A stretch of DNA of 64,000 nt from Lingula anatina (Eukaryota; Animalia; Brachiopoda), in contig CM120641.1 of the NCBI GenBank assembly GCA_051362555.1, forward strand, positions 15,562,001-15,626,000. The letters run 5' to 3'. Below the pieces are notes generated by a model. It searched no databases. It saw only the letters and a list, made by a program, of their open reading frames with translations, and was not told the origin of the DNA. Shown piece by piece: positions 1 to 13,100 of this stretch; the first letter of the stretch is position 1, and each line of letters begins with the position of its first letter. The position numbers and the translations under genes are program-made.

Positions 1-85
1 GGTTATTCAAATAAAGTAACGCATGGATCATCGTGGTTAGGATTTCACATACAGTTACGGTGACGAGTTAAATATATTCACTCAC

Positions 86-381
86 CCTTGTCTACTCTTC
101 GATAGTAAAGTATACATGCAGTAGATAAACATGAGCATTGCATTGACAGCGCTCAAGGCGGATGTAATGGAGACAAAACTACACGGTGTGTGTGTAGACG
201 TTTGGGAGACCCATCTAAATATCCAATGACCTTCGTGATACCACTTTCCAGAGGCAAACAGCAAACAACGCCCATTCCATTTTATCTGTGTGATCCCTAT
301 AGAAAGGGAAACACAGGCGCTTCCTATGAAGACAAGGAAGTAAGTGACTACAAGTAATATAAGTGTCACCCTAACCGCCAT
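86..381 (-). CDS. TMEM179-like paralog A, coding exon 1 only (gene continues beyond the window start)
   Basis: ATG at 381, MAVRVTLILLVVTYFL...WNGRCLLFASGKW...C...; ends at a phase-2 donor CAAGG|GTGAG at 86/85. Closely similar to exon 1 of the paralog at 4220-4506 and shares the G.CLLFASG.W motif with the TMEM179 at 58217-58503. Confidence 0.8.
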
Positions 382-2539
382 TTCGGGTGTTTTTCTGGGG
401 GCGTCTGTTCTTGATGGATATACTAACAAAGTAAATGTTAATATAGGTCAATCCACATTCAGCTAGGGTCGCAACTCTATTTATTGCAGTAGCGGAGATT
501 GTTAGTGAGAGAACATGGATGTGTAATGTTGTTCAGAATGTTCAATTGCGGGTAATAACGATTAGTATTAATTACAATAAGAGTCGTCCATTGTATACGA
601 CATACAAGAGTATAATTATCGAGGCGCAGCCGAGATATTTGCACTCTTGTATGTCGCATAGACAAGTAGTTGTAACTGCCTTGTCAAGCTTTGGCCAGCC
701 CACAGGAGCAGTAGCCTACCCAATTAAACCACTACATACATGTATAACACATTGCAGCAGTGCAACGTGGTAGTCAGGTAACTAGTAGCGACACACCTGA
801 CTACACACTTCTCCATTTATATATTTTATATGAGATCTGAGTTTTTTTGGGGTAAAAAAAGCATTTTTACCTAGGCGTACCATTGAAACTGAAATATTCC
901 ATATTAAATGTCAAGTCTGTATATTTACTCGAAAATTGAAATGTTCAATAACTTTTATATCTCTTTTTATTTATTGCTTTAATGATTTTCACTCACTCAT
1001 TCTTCCCTTTCATTATCAGTAAAAAGTCATTTTGCCTACTATTTGATTTTTTTCTTTTTTCTTTGATAGATTTTTACAAAAAAATTTATTTAACACAACT
1101 AATATGAAATATTTGGTATTGATAGGATGTTATTTTATCAGTAATGACATATATTTATATTTCTTTGTTATTATTATTATTTTCCACGCATTTTTGTGAC
1201 TAAATTGGGGATAATGTCGCATCCCAAGCGTCCGCCAATGTAGTGCTTATGATTTTTTCACTGCCTCCACCTAGATCTTTAGAGGAAAATGAAATTATAT
1301 GGATTGATTGGCCTATCATTATAGGATTGTTCATAGGCACTTTGGAACTTTGGTGTGTCTGAGCCTAGGACTGTTCCTTGTTTGGGTGATTCCATTGTTA
1401 TCCGCATTGAAATTTTGCACTATCTTCCGAGACATTTGGCTTCATTGAGTGAAGAACTTAAACTTAACTAAAAAATTTCGAGATTGATAGAGTTGTACAT
1501 GGGTTCTTCTGAATTTTAGTGACGTAGGGGTTTAGCTCTCCCTGGAGGAGTAACTGATCCTATTTTTTTTTTTTTTTTTTTTTGTAATTTCTGGTCTCAT
1601 CTTAGAACGATAACAATAAAACCTGAAAATTTCGTAAAGCATTTTAATTCAATCTCGAATAAATGAATAAATGTTACAGTAGACATACAGAATTAACAAA
1701 CAAACAAACAAACGAACGAACAAACAAACGAACCGTAAAAGAGATTAACATACTATCAAGCCCTTGGATACAAAATAGGAATTCATCTTTAATCATTAAA
1801 ATCAAATGTGCGAGAGAGATACATTACTTCAACTGCTGGAGCTGTTTTAATCTTCTTTATAATGCAAATTTTTCGGCCGAGGTCTATCTATATGTATCTA
1901 TAAAGCCATTACCGACGTTCTTCAGTTCTTCCGCATGTGTAAAGTAATGGAATAGCTATTGCAAATGACGTAGGCCTTCACGTATTGAAAATGAAAAAGC
2001 AAGGATTTTGGCATGTAACCGTCAGTGCTTCGCTTCAGCCACATGTAATTATCGTCTCGACAATGTATCAATGCATTTGTACTAAATGTAATCTTATTCC
2101 TTTAAAATCCTAACTGTTTGAAAATAGAAATTTGAACTTTTGGGCACTTTTATACACCTTGCATGCATTTAATACCCATTTATTTACGTATAAAAACATC
2201 CAAAACAAAGTTTTGGATCCTATAATTTATACATTACAGTTAAATCTAATGCACAATCTACATGAAAGCCACACAACTCAAGCTTTATACTATCAGCTAG
2301 GGTAAAGGTCAGGTCATGGGCCTTCTGGGTCTATTGGGTCTTTAAAAAAAATATGTTGGGTAATAATCATATAGTGGTAAACATCACGGAAACACGTGAA
2401 ACGGAACCTAAGGAAGCATCTCCTCTCAGACGCGAAAACTTCCTCTTCCACGATAGTTGGACCTAAAGGAACACATTATAACAAGTAGCCTACTTTGTCT
2501 TCAATATTGGTTGAAGTCATATTTCAGCCCCTTAAACAT

Positions 2540-3503
2540 CTATGAAGCCTGGGGTTTATACCATTCCCTCTCCTTTGGTGGCCTTTGGATTATGTAAGAC
2601 GATCTTCTAGACTTGTGCTCTTGGTGAAGTCGGAATATAAGCACTCCACTTAATGCCAAAGAGCATACAAACAGAGCCCAGCTTGCGCACTGAAAATAAT
2701 TTGTATTAAGTTATATCAATAAATTCAAATGTTTCATTTTAATTGTTGTGACACAGGAATTATTTTAATAATAAACACTTCTGCATCAATGAAAATAATA
2801 AATGCGACTTTTTACCGTGTAGATGCGCCCTTAAAAAATGGGGTCATGTCGATACTCCCCCGCGCCGATACTCCCCCTCACCAATAATCTCCCTTACTAA
2901 ATATTTGTATGTTATGCGCAACGAAACGACCCCACAACGATAGATCCCCGCATCGATACATCCCCGGTAAAATTGCCGATGTAGGCGCACCGTTACTCCC
3001 CCACACCGATACTCCCCCACATCATTGCTTCCCCTCATCGATGGTGCGGGGGAGTATCGGTGTGGGGAAGTATTGGTGCGGGGATGTACCGGTGCAGGGG
3101 AGTATCGGCGTATAGGGATGTTGCATTAGTCACAGCTTGCATCGCATGCATACACGTAGTCAGAAACTAACAAAATTTGTTTATACATACAATAACATAA
3201 CATTGTAGCGATGTAAACCTTTGTAAATAAAGGTTGGACCAATTGCAAGTCTTAAAATTGTATCGAAAAAGTATCAAAGAGTCAAATGCCACATTCTGAG
3301 TTTATTTCTGGGAAATATAAGGCTGTAGCCAGTGTACTGTAGGGGGGACATGTCTTATAGAAGAAGTAATATGTTATATGACTGTAAAATAAATTTGATA
3401 TACATATCCCGTGTTTGCAGACACTGTCATATATGGTTTATATACATGCAAGGTTAAGAGCTTCTTTTTCTTAAATAGCCAAAATTTTCTTTCAGCCTTT
3501 TCT

Positions 3504-3540
<37 letters not shown>

Positions 3541-3629
3541 CCTGGGCGAAGTTCGTTATATCATAGAAATTAGACCCATCCATGCCAATCCATTTGATAT
3601 GTGTTTGAGCATCACGGCACCTGAAATTG

Positions 3630-3701
<72 letters not shown>

Positions 3702-4506
3702 GGCATATAACATGAAAACAAACCGCGACTCCATCACATGTAATGCCTTAGCCCAAATTGTGAAATAACATGGTAAAAATACAGAATAATTGTCAAATTC
3801 TTAAATTACGATAAAAAGGAAAGAAAAGTTTTCGTAACCTCTGATAAGTTATCAGGTAGGATTACTTACGTCGGATAGACGTTCCCTTTGGAGGTGATGT
3901 CTTCACAGAACACAGCTAGTCCTGCGCTGATAACAATCGCACAAGCTAACATCAGTGTTGTTGAAGATGTGCTACACACAGTCGGTGCCAGGTTCGTGAT
4001 GTCCTTCCTACAACATTTAAATTATTTTGATGATTTTTGTAATACACGGAGAGTTCATACATTGTGCAGTTTATTTTCATCAAAATTACATGCATGTTAA
4101 TCTAGATTTTATGTATATAGGGCCTAAATAAATAAAGTAGCGCGACGTACAAAAGTGCTCATCATTATAGCTCATTAAATTTTACATGCAGTTATTATTG
4201 TGACTAGGTTTTTACTCACCCTTGTCTGCTTTTGGCCCGCAACGTATACATGCAATAGATAAACATTATCAACGCATGGAAAGAGGTCAGGGCGCACGCA
4301 ATGGAGACAAAATTACAAGGCATGTGTGCGTACGTTTCGGAGGTGAATCTAAAAAATAAACCTCTCCTCTCCCCAGAGGCAAATAGAATGCATCTACCAT
4401 TCCATTTTATCTGTATGGCCCCTACAGAGATTGAAACACACGCGCTCCCTATGAATATGAGGAAATAAATAACTGTCAGTAATATAAGCGTCACTCTAGC
4501 CGCCAT
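2540..4506 (-). CDS. TMEM179-like paralog B (TMEM179B-like), 4 exons, about 217 aa multi-pass membrane protein
   Basis: Exons 4506-4220, 4007-3870, 3620-3542, 2689-2540 join in frame through GT-AG sites (phases 2,2,0). Motifs: GRCILFASG, ISAGLAVFC, CRDAQ...GSNFYDITNFAQ, CASWAL; TAG at 2542-2540. Same exon layout as TMEM179 at 56602-58503. Confidence 0.85.
2847..3118. mobile_element. Foldback/MITE-like element made of about 16-bp units (CCGATACTCCCCCRCA) in direct then inverted orientation
   Basis: GC-rich island in an AT-rich intron. Several gatactcccc-type units are followed by reverse-complement ggggagtatcgg units, with the symmetry centre near 3035-3045. Confidence 0.55.
3507..3538. repeat. 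(GA)n microsatellite
   Basis: Seen directly; abuts the donor of exon 3 of paralog B. Confidence 0.95.
3632..3696. repeat. (TA)n microsatellite
   Basis: Seen directly; abuts the acceptor of exon 3 of paralog B. Confidence 0.95.
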
Positions 4507-5907
4507 TTTGCCTGTTTGTTGTTTTTGCATGTTTACAGTAACGACTCTTTTCAATGGGGAAATTACTAATCCTCTAATACATAATTTTGGAATCGTAGAA
4601 AATTTATCTTTATATAAAGCATTTCTGATGCTTTTACTTTTACTGCTTTTGCTGTACTGAAATTCACAATTTTCACAATCGAAATAATCTACTGATCATT
4701 AGGGCCTACCGTTAGCCTATAGGTTGATCGGTACAGTCACTGGACATAGGCCTAAATTTACAGAAAATCTGCTGCAACTAACACAAGTCTCATTAGACCG
4801 TTGAAGGGTATCTTATCGTATTTATTTGTTGGTAGACTACTGCAATGTAAGGATTTTTTACACATTAATTAATCCTTTAAAATACAACTGCAACGTTTGG
4901 AAGATGTGATGCGTAGGCCTACTTAGATAAGACTGTTAAAAAGGCAAAAACTGACAGAAAAAAAGAAAATAATTGATTAGTAATATAAATAGTTAACTGA
5001 GCGTAATTCATTTCATATGGAGCCTATTCTATAGACTAGTTAGACGTCACCATCATTTTTTCTTTTCTCTGTTCACTAGTAGGCACCCTGAGCCTAAGAG
5101 ATAACTTGAAACAAACCTCTACACTATGGCATATCCTTGCCGTTTCAAGTAACTTGAATAAGTGTCTCCCTCCGTAGAATTGTCTGGGACGACAAACTAG
5201 TACGTGCATGTCAGTGCAAAATGTTTTTCCACTCATTCTTGCCTTTGACCCCCCCCCCCCCTCCATTCCCCACACCTTAAAAATGTTCTTGAACCACTAT
5301 ATGTAACTGATATGGCCAGGAGTGACCTATCCAGGGTAGGGTTATGATATTCAATGAATAATTTTGGAAGTATTGCATTTGATTCATAGAGTAAATTGAT
5401 TTGAAACTAGTTTAAGCAAAGGAAAATATTCTACTACAGTAACCCACAAGTTGCAAAAAAAAAAAAAAAAAAAAGTGGTGTAATTTTTTAATTCTTTCAC
5501 AGGTCCCTATAAAAACCAAGAGTTTCTGACAGGCAGTGAGAACAATTCTAAAAGCTTTCACATGATTGTTTGAAAGCTTTTTAATAGGCCTATGTGCTTT
5601 CCAAGGTGGTAGGGCCTACGTAGGGAAATGTAAGTGGTGGGGCCTACTAATAAAGTGGGATGAAAGTCTTAACATGCAGCAGAGGTATTTTTTATAAACA
5701 CATCACCAGGTATTCCCCAGCGTGAATTGTGAATTATATGTGTGTCACTTTGTGTGGTGTCTAGCTGCACAATAGCAGTTGTTATTGTTGTCTTTTTCCA
5801 AGACTTGGAGACAGGCTACATGTTTGATGAATGGAGATGCTGTAGGCCTACTAAAAAAAAAAAGAGAGCTTTAAGACTATTACTTTCAATTTGTAGATGT
5901 ATGATGA

Positions 5908-5910
<3 letters not shown>

Positions 5911-5946
<36 letters not shown>
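5911..5946. repeat. Poly-G tract (36 nt)
   Basis: Seen directly. Confidence 0.9.
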
Positions 5947-5947
<1 letters not shown>

Positions 5948-6787
5948 GTAGTAATTAGTAAGTCCAACTTCTGTTTTTTTTTCTTTCCACTTCAAGTAGG
6001 CCTATATGATGAATGTTAATGCATATTAAACTGGCTCTCATTGCCAATTTTTTTTTTTCACTGAGATATTAGTTCTCTAACTTTCTGAGATTTACAACCA
6101 CAATCATGCAATATAAAAATGGGATTAAGTCTTGCTTCAATATTTTCTAAAGTCAATGGAACACATGTATATATAGTGAATTTTTTTGGGGAAAATAACA
6201 TAAAATGTATTTTTCTGGTGTTGACTTCAATTTTCTCATTTTTGTTAGTATTATTTAGAAACTAGCCCTGGAAAATCCAAAACTGTTGTGTATTTAACAT
6301 TTATTTTATATTTTTATCACCATCATTGTTTTTAGAACAAGTTCTTTTATTTGATTAATTCAAATGGCTTTCAATCTTGAGGCAGTGATCCATTAAATTA
6401 TTAAAAACTTTGATTCAAAGGTGGTTAATGAATACACTGGCATTGACTTGACCTGGATGGGAATGAACAGTTTGCAGTAAAATTCTGATAAGAAATGAAA
6501 ATAGATTCAAAATGTCTTTTTTTTTAGAATTTCGCTCTAGCCTGATCTATTAAACTGTCCACCTCTCAAAGTGGACCGGTGTAACAAAACCGAGGGTCTT
6601 GCACAGACTCAGTTTCGTTAAACCGGCTCCCCTGACCTTATGGCTTATCATCATCTTTTAAATATTTAATAACTTCTGCACAGCTTTCCGATTACCACTG
6701 AGTCTAATAGGGGTCCACATTTAAGGACGTGGTATTTTATAACTCTTTCAAGAGATGTAGGATACTGTTCTAGAGCTCTGGATACAA

Positions 6788-7934
6788 ATGAAGCTGCCTA
6801 ATATTTTTCTAAATTCTAACATGAAATCATTTGGGGTCATGTACTGGCTTCTAACGATAAGCTTGTTTTTTGCGAACGTTATGATGATGAAAAAATTGAT
6901 TACTTTAAATTTACTATGGGAAACAACCCCTGAGATGTGCTCCCAAGCTGGACACAACGACAGAATCAGCGTGCAACTGACAAGCGTTGATATGTTTGAG
7001 GATCTGGGATCAAGAAAAATCAATGCAACCGACCCCAGACTATTGAAATACCTTCGCGATAAATGGATTTTTGCACCTTCCAGCCGTCCATACGACTTGG
7101 AAAATCCAGAAAAAGAACACATGTCTCAGATAGGGCAATCTCAGGTGGTTGATAGACTGTTGAAGCAGAGAAAGAATGGGTTTTTTGTTGAGGCTGGAGC
7201 ATCCAATGGCGAGAAATTCTCGAACTCACTATTTTTTGAGAGATTCCGGAACTGGAACGGAGTCCTCGTAGAAGCGAACCCTTTGAGTTTTCATACCTTG
7301 TCCAAGAAACACAGGTATAGTAGTTTTTTCTGGGCTACATCTTGTTCCACATTGAGCATGAAAAAAGTAACACTTTCCGCATTTTCTTTTGCGATGTTTG
7401 AGCACGTCATTGAGAAATACGGTTTGTTGAGAGAAAGCGAGAGCATATGGTTAGTCAATTTATTACTTAATTTATACACTGATTTTCCTTTAATGCAGGA
7501 AAGCGTTTTCCATAAATTCGTGTCTGTCACTGAGCCCGCACCCAGATCGTGTAGAATTTACAATGGCCAGTAGCCTAGGCGGTATTACCCAAGAGACCTA
7601 CACCATTCCATCAAGTGAGCAAAGTCTCATTAGTGGCAGAAGCTTGGTGCAGTGTTTCTCAATACACTCCATTCTGGGCGCACTTTGTGTCAACCACGTG
7701 GACTACTTTTCTTTGGACGTCGAGGGGGCTGAGGTGGAGATTCTCCGGACGTTCCCCTGGAAAGACATCACGGTGGACATATGGTCAATTGAATACGCGG
7801 TTCATGGAGGGGGGAAAGACACTCCTAAGCGCCTACTAGCTATCAGGGATATTTTCCAGAAGACCGGTGCGTACGAAGAGATAGGTTTGGAAAAAAGGCA
7901 GGATGTGCTATTTGCTCGAAAAGAGATACTGTAA
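6788..7934 (+). CDS. Protein Star-like / FkbM-family (Methyltransf_21) SAM-dependent methyltransferase, type II membrane protein, 2 coding exons, about 320 aa
   Basis: Exons 6788-7314 and 7499-7934 (intron AG|GTATAG...TGCAG|G, phase 2). N-terminal hydrophobic segment followed by SQIGQ, NGFFVEAGASNGEKFSNSLFFE, NWNGVLVEANP, RKAFSINSCLS, VQCF, VDYFSLDVEGAE. The exact start ATG is uncertain. Confidence 0.9.
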
Positions 7935-9527
7935 TGATGACATTCCAGAGAGATTGCACAGGCAGATTGCAATCAATTGTTTCTTCCGAGTAATAAAGAC
8001 CAAAATTATTTTGCCATAACTGAAGTCGGCTTTTATTATACCCATGGTCATTTATTTGACTCAGATACAGCATATCTGATATACTAGTATAACAACCCAG
8101 TTTAGACTGCATTTTAGGCATCGTCATGTTGCAAATCCCATATTAACTCGCATGGTTATTTTACATATTTGGTAAATATCAAAATTTGAACAATTCAATA
8201 AGTAAAACAGTTATAACAAACACTCAAAACAAGAATTAATGTCCAGCATATCTGCATGAAATAAAAAATAAATATCTTCACAAATAATGAACAACAAGAA
8301 AGCGTGCAGAATGCAAATTTACAGTCTCGAATAAGACATATTTCTTTAGTTGAGTCATGAGAACGGTTCAGCAGACGTTGTCAGTGAATTCTGCTTTATT
8401 TCATAGACGTAACGCGTGGCAGGTAGCATTTTCTGTTATACAAGTTAATGTTTGATGCTTCTGCTGGTGTATAAAAGACTGCGGACAAGGAAACTAATAT
8501 TAATATTATCATATAAGAAAAGAAAATTGCTTGGTTTTGTCCCGTTTTGTTCGATATACTATTTTTTATTTATACAAAAGGGGGTAGGTGTGGTATGTGG
8601 CTGGTGTGATATCTGAAAGTCTTTGAGATTCTGCAGTGCATATATACTACTGCATTCAGATACAGATAGATGAATAATGCATTGTAATGTACACATTGAT
8701 CTAATATGGCTTATATAGAAAAATATGATATAAAAAATATGAAAATTATACAAACCCGAATAGCCAAGCCATCATACTTCAGTGCTTTAAAGATTCATAT
8801 CAAGCACATTATTGGCGCCATAAAATGTCACCATATTGTTACCTTCGCCATGGTGGTAATTCTGACGAATTCAATCAAAAGGTGGAAGGTGTGAGGGTCT
8901 TTAGGCAAAAACTGTTCTAGAAAAGTCCTCAGTGAATGATATTAAGCGATTTTGGAGTTTGCCTCTGGACATTTGGCTTCAATGGAACCAATGGACAGAC
9001 AGCGTTAGTACAAAATGCTTCTCACACATGAACTGCAGCTACGGTTTTTTTTAATATTCTAGAAGCAAAATTGATAAATTTTAGCATAAAAATCTGCGAA
9101 CTTTAATCTTAATGTGGAAACTAGAAGACTAGAGAGACTAAAAGAAGACTAGAAGGGGAAGAGCAAGCAACTCTGGATTGAAGTTTGGTTTTGATCATGC
9201 TTGTACCATGTAACTTTTAGTTTAGCAACATATACTCTGTTGAAGTTACAACATGCAGTCGTTTAATTCTATTCCATGTGCAGAGTTTAAGACATAGAAC
9301 CTGGGAATCTCCGTAGCAGTTTTACAGATCGGGTTTTATTCCCTACAAAGGGTTGTTTAATGTAGTGTGGGTTGGGTTTTAATAAAAAGGTCCCGCACAT
9401 GTAATGCTGGTACCACAATGGACTCGACTTATTTTTGTCTATTGGCCATTCTCCTCGTTCAGTACCTACGTTGAAATAGTCTCTGGAAAGACGGGTGAAA
9501 TGCCGGTGTCATGTACCAGAAAGTCCC

Positions 9528-9650
9528 CCGTGACAGAGAGTCCGCTTCCCATTACTTTGTACAGGTGAGCCTCGCCCTTGATTTTGACCCAATTAGGTCA
9601 GACTAACCCTAACTATTATAACTATATGGAGGGCGGACTTTCTGTCACAC
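9528..9650. mobile_element. Short non-autonomous inverted-repeat element
   Basis: Arm gtgacagagagtccgcttcccat (about 9530-9552) pairs imperfectly with atggagggcggactttctgtcac (9626-9648); internal ctaaccctaac motif. Confidence 0.5.
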
Positions 9651-10010
9651 GGACCCAGTTTCGTGGCACCGGGTCCATTATTCTGCGGCAATGGCTCTCG
9701 CAGCTTTTTCTTCTAGAAACATTGAACAAACTGTGGTTAATCCAGGCGATGGTGGTACGCGGTTTACCTGTGGATCGACCATGGAGCCCCTACCCACTAA
9801 AGAATTCTTATTACAGTTCTTCTGAATACACTAAGACCTTGGTAATTTCTGCGCAACCACCTAGTTCTTTAAACCAAGGAGATATAACTCCTTGTTTAAA
9901 CAAATGTCCATCCGTCCTGGCATGCAGAAGCACCTCTCTGACTAAAATTGGCTCAAAATGCTTTATGACCTTTGTTTTATGACACGCCGAGTGTGACAGT
10001 TGAGACAGAC

Positions 10011-10041
<31 letters not shown>

Positions 10042-10109
10042 CACTGAAAAACTCAGCAGTTAAAACAAAGCAGTTGACACGACCTACATGTTTCCTCAAA
10101 TACAAAACC

Positions 10110-10195
<86 letters not shown>
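10110..10195. repeat. Palindromic (AAT)n-(ATT)n microsatellite
   Basis: An (AAT)n run switches at about 10155 to its own reverse complement (ATT)n. Confidence 0.95.
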
Positions 10196-13100
10196 CACAT
10201 GTGTACATACTTACAGTACATCAATTTTCTCGAATTTTTGTAAACGCAAATAAAAATATTTTTCATTTTCTAAATTTTAAACTATTCATAAGTGAACATT
10301 GGTAAGATTTTTCTGGTTGAAGATTAAACTACTATATACGTAACACAAGTATGATTAAATTATTTGTTTAATTACATTTCAGCTCCTCTTTTATCTGCAT
10401 TAAAGATAAAGGTTGGGTTAAAAATACCCCAATCAAAACAAATAAACCGTTGCGTAAATATCTTAAAAAATGGACTTAAAAGATACATAATGAACCCTAG
10501 ACCTATATTTAGTTAATTTGGCAATTCTATGGCCCTTTGCTTAATTTTTTAGATTAACCAACTTTAAAAGGACCTTCAAAATACCTCAAAATATTCAGTT
10601 CATGACCTATGAATTTAGAACCAAACACAGCTTGCCGGTGAAACTTTATCGGTCCCTCATCTCCTGGTGCTGATTGTGATGAACCCCGTTACCTCAGAAA
10701 TTAAATTAGGCATCCAATACAGAATTTATGCGCCAGTCTAATTTTATTTAAGAAAAAAAATTAATTCTCTTCCTCTCACGAAGCATTGCTCGCATCATCT
10801 GCACATTTATGGTATTATCTATTTCCCATGTAGCAGCCGGCAGGGAGAACATAAACTCTTTTAGTGTACAAAAGGTTTATTCCTATATTCTTAATCTTAC
10901 AATCATTAAACTCTACCTTTTATCCTCTCGAGTCACATTCCATTAGCGTGAAGTGTTAAACAGATTCTCTGGTTTTTTTTTCACAACACTCCATTCTAAA
11001 CAATTCGTCGATCTATGAACTTTTCCTTATTTGGTGATGATGTGATGATTGACATAAGTCCACAGTTTCTATTAAGACAGATTTTCCATCATCTCATCAT
11101 AGAAGAGTGACGATTAATACTGATTTTCCATCGTGTCATCATAAAAGAATGATAACTAAATTGTTCTTGTTGCTATCTGTAACTTTCTGTTCATTGTAGG
11201 CCTACTTTATGACTCTTTTCTCGCTCTCTCTCTCTGGCTCACTGACATGTAAAATTCACATTTTTTTTTACTGTAAAATCATTTCTTTAAGTTAACAACA
11301 TAATATTGATCAATTTTCATTACGATACATTCGTTTTGTACAGTGTTTAATTTAATAATTTACCTGTTAATGGTTCATGAGTTACGTGAACCTTCAAGTT
11401 TTCTGACATTTCAGAAGAAATAATCGACACCATGCATGTCTTTTTTATTTGAGGGTTTTTTTTTACGTAGATTTGTCTCTTTTTTAACGAAACTAATAAT
11501 GAGGCTGCACAAGTTTAGATATGATTGAACAAGGATCCATTACGTTGCGGTAAGTTATGGGAAAACCAATATGTTGCTGACACCAGGTAAGGCGGATTTA
11601 AAATCTTCATGCTTGAATATATTGGGCCTGGGCCTGGGTTGGACTTGCGAAATATTCACTTAGTTCTTGTTTAATCAACCCATTTATATTATTTCATCGA
11701 AATTATCGACTGAAGATCAGTGAAACACATATACGTGTATGCAGAAATTATTATCGTGAGTCTTAAATAGCGTCAAATTCCACGCTAATTAATTTCGTTT
11801 CAAATGAAGATATTTCCGTCTCTGAATCACATTCAGTATAATTACCTGATCTCCGAAATGATTTGTTATGCAAGTAATTCCACTGAGACAGCCATGCCAC
11901 TAACTAGATAGTTGATCCCAATTATCAGTAGCATTGTTATTGTAATATTGAAGAAGGCCGGTTTCTATCTGTATTGGTAAATTACTCTGTCTAAATGGTT
12001 GCTCATTGTGTTATCAGTCAACTAATTTATTCTCAAATTCTTTATGATTTTGAAGGTGCGCGAAAACCTTTATGTTTGACTCCAGGCAAGAATTAGAGAT
12101 AAAAAGAACAATTTCCGATCACAATCACATCATGCCGCAGGACAAAAGAAACGTGTGATTAGAAACCCACCGTGGAAACAATGGTTATGAAAGGTTTATA
12201 CAACGATATCGTATGTATCTATCTGCGCGGAGTGATAACAGCCCTGCCTGGGATGTAGAAGAGGCTAATGGGACCCCTAGACTCGATCCTGTCCTCAGAT
12301 TACCAGAACTTCCTTTCATAATTCAGGACGTTTATCTCTAAAATCATGGGTTGCACAACAGTATAAAATTCAGAATGCATTTCTGTTATATTTATCATCC
12401 ACGTTTAATTTTATTTTTTTTGCGGAAACAAGTGCAAGTTTGTAAAAAATATCTATTCACTTTTTGGGGTCTTTTAGTAAATATGCAATTCATTTGCTCT
12501 ATAAATGTCATTAAAGGAAAAGGTTTTGAAGGTCCTCAGTACCATATATAAAAATTATATTATTTCTTTAAAGAATGGACGAAATCTCTTGGCGGAGAGA
12601 TGGTCTTGCAAAATTTGACTTGTAACTTAAACACATCCGTGCGCCATATAAAATGTTTTTGCGGTGATTATCATTCGGGACCTTCGGAATCTTCTGCACT
12701 AACATTTTTCTGTTTTTGTCGAATATACATACCAGAGCTGCGTTTAACAAAGCAATTATCAGACTGAATAGGGACCTTGGCATTTACTATACGGTAGTCT
12801 GATTGAACTAGGGTCCATCAAACTGCTGTAAGTTAGTTTTAAGAATCCTAGACTTAAACAAGGACCGGTCCTAGATATTTTATGCATGTTTCACAAGCAT
12901 AAGGCCATGTAATTTCTGGTTGAGGGAAAATTACTTTGATTCGGCGAACTACTACAGATTTTACCTTAATGGTGTGAAATTACACGCCCTGTCTTTTAGT
13001 TTTTTTTTTAACAGATTTATTTCCATAATAAAGATATACAAAATAAATAAATTGTCTTTTAGTGAGGACCTTTGTTTGACTACAGTAGTTTTGTGACACG

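Noticed and set aside
6788-7934. Frameshifted pseudogene or bacterial horizontal transfer (two overlapping ORFs, FkbM domain)
   Set aside because: A 184-nt GT-AG intron (7315-7498) restores one frame, and membrane-anchored Star-like FkbM proteins are common in invertebrates.
9972-10253. Poly-isoleucine ORFs on both strands
   Set aside because: Artefact of the (AAT)n/(ATT)n microsatellite.
11042-11123. GTGATGA...CTGA box C/D-like pair
   Set aside because: Intergenic, overlaps a local duplication of about 42 bp, and has no terminal stem or guide sequence.
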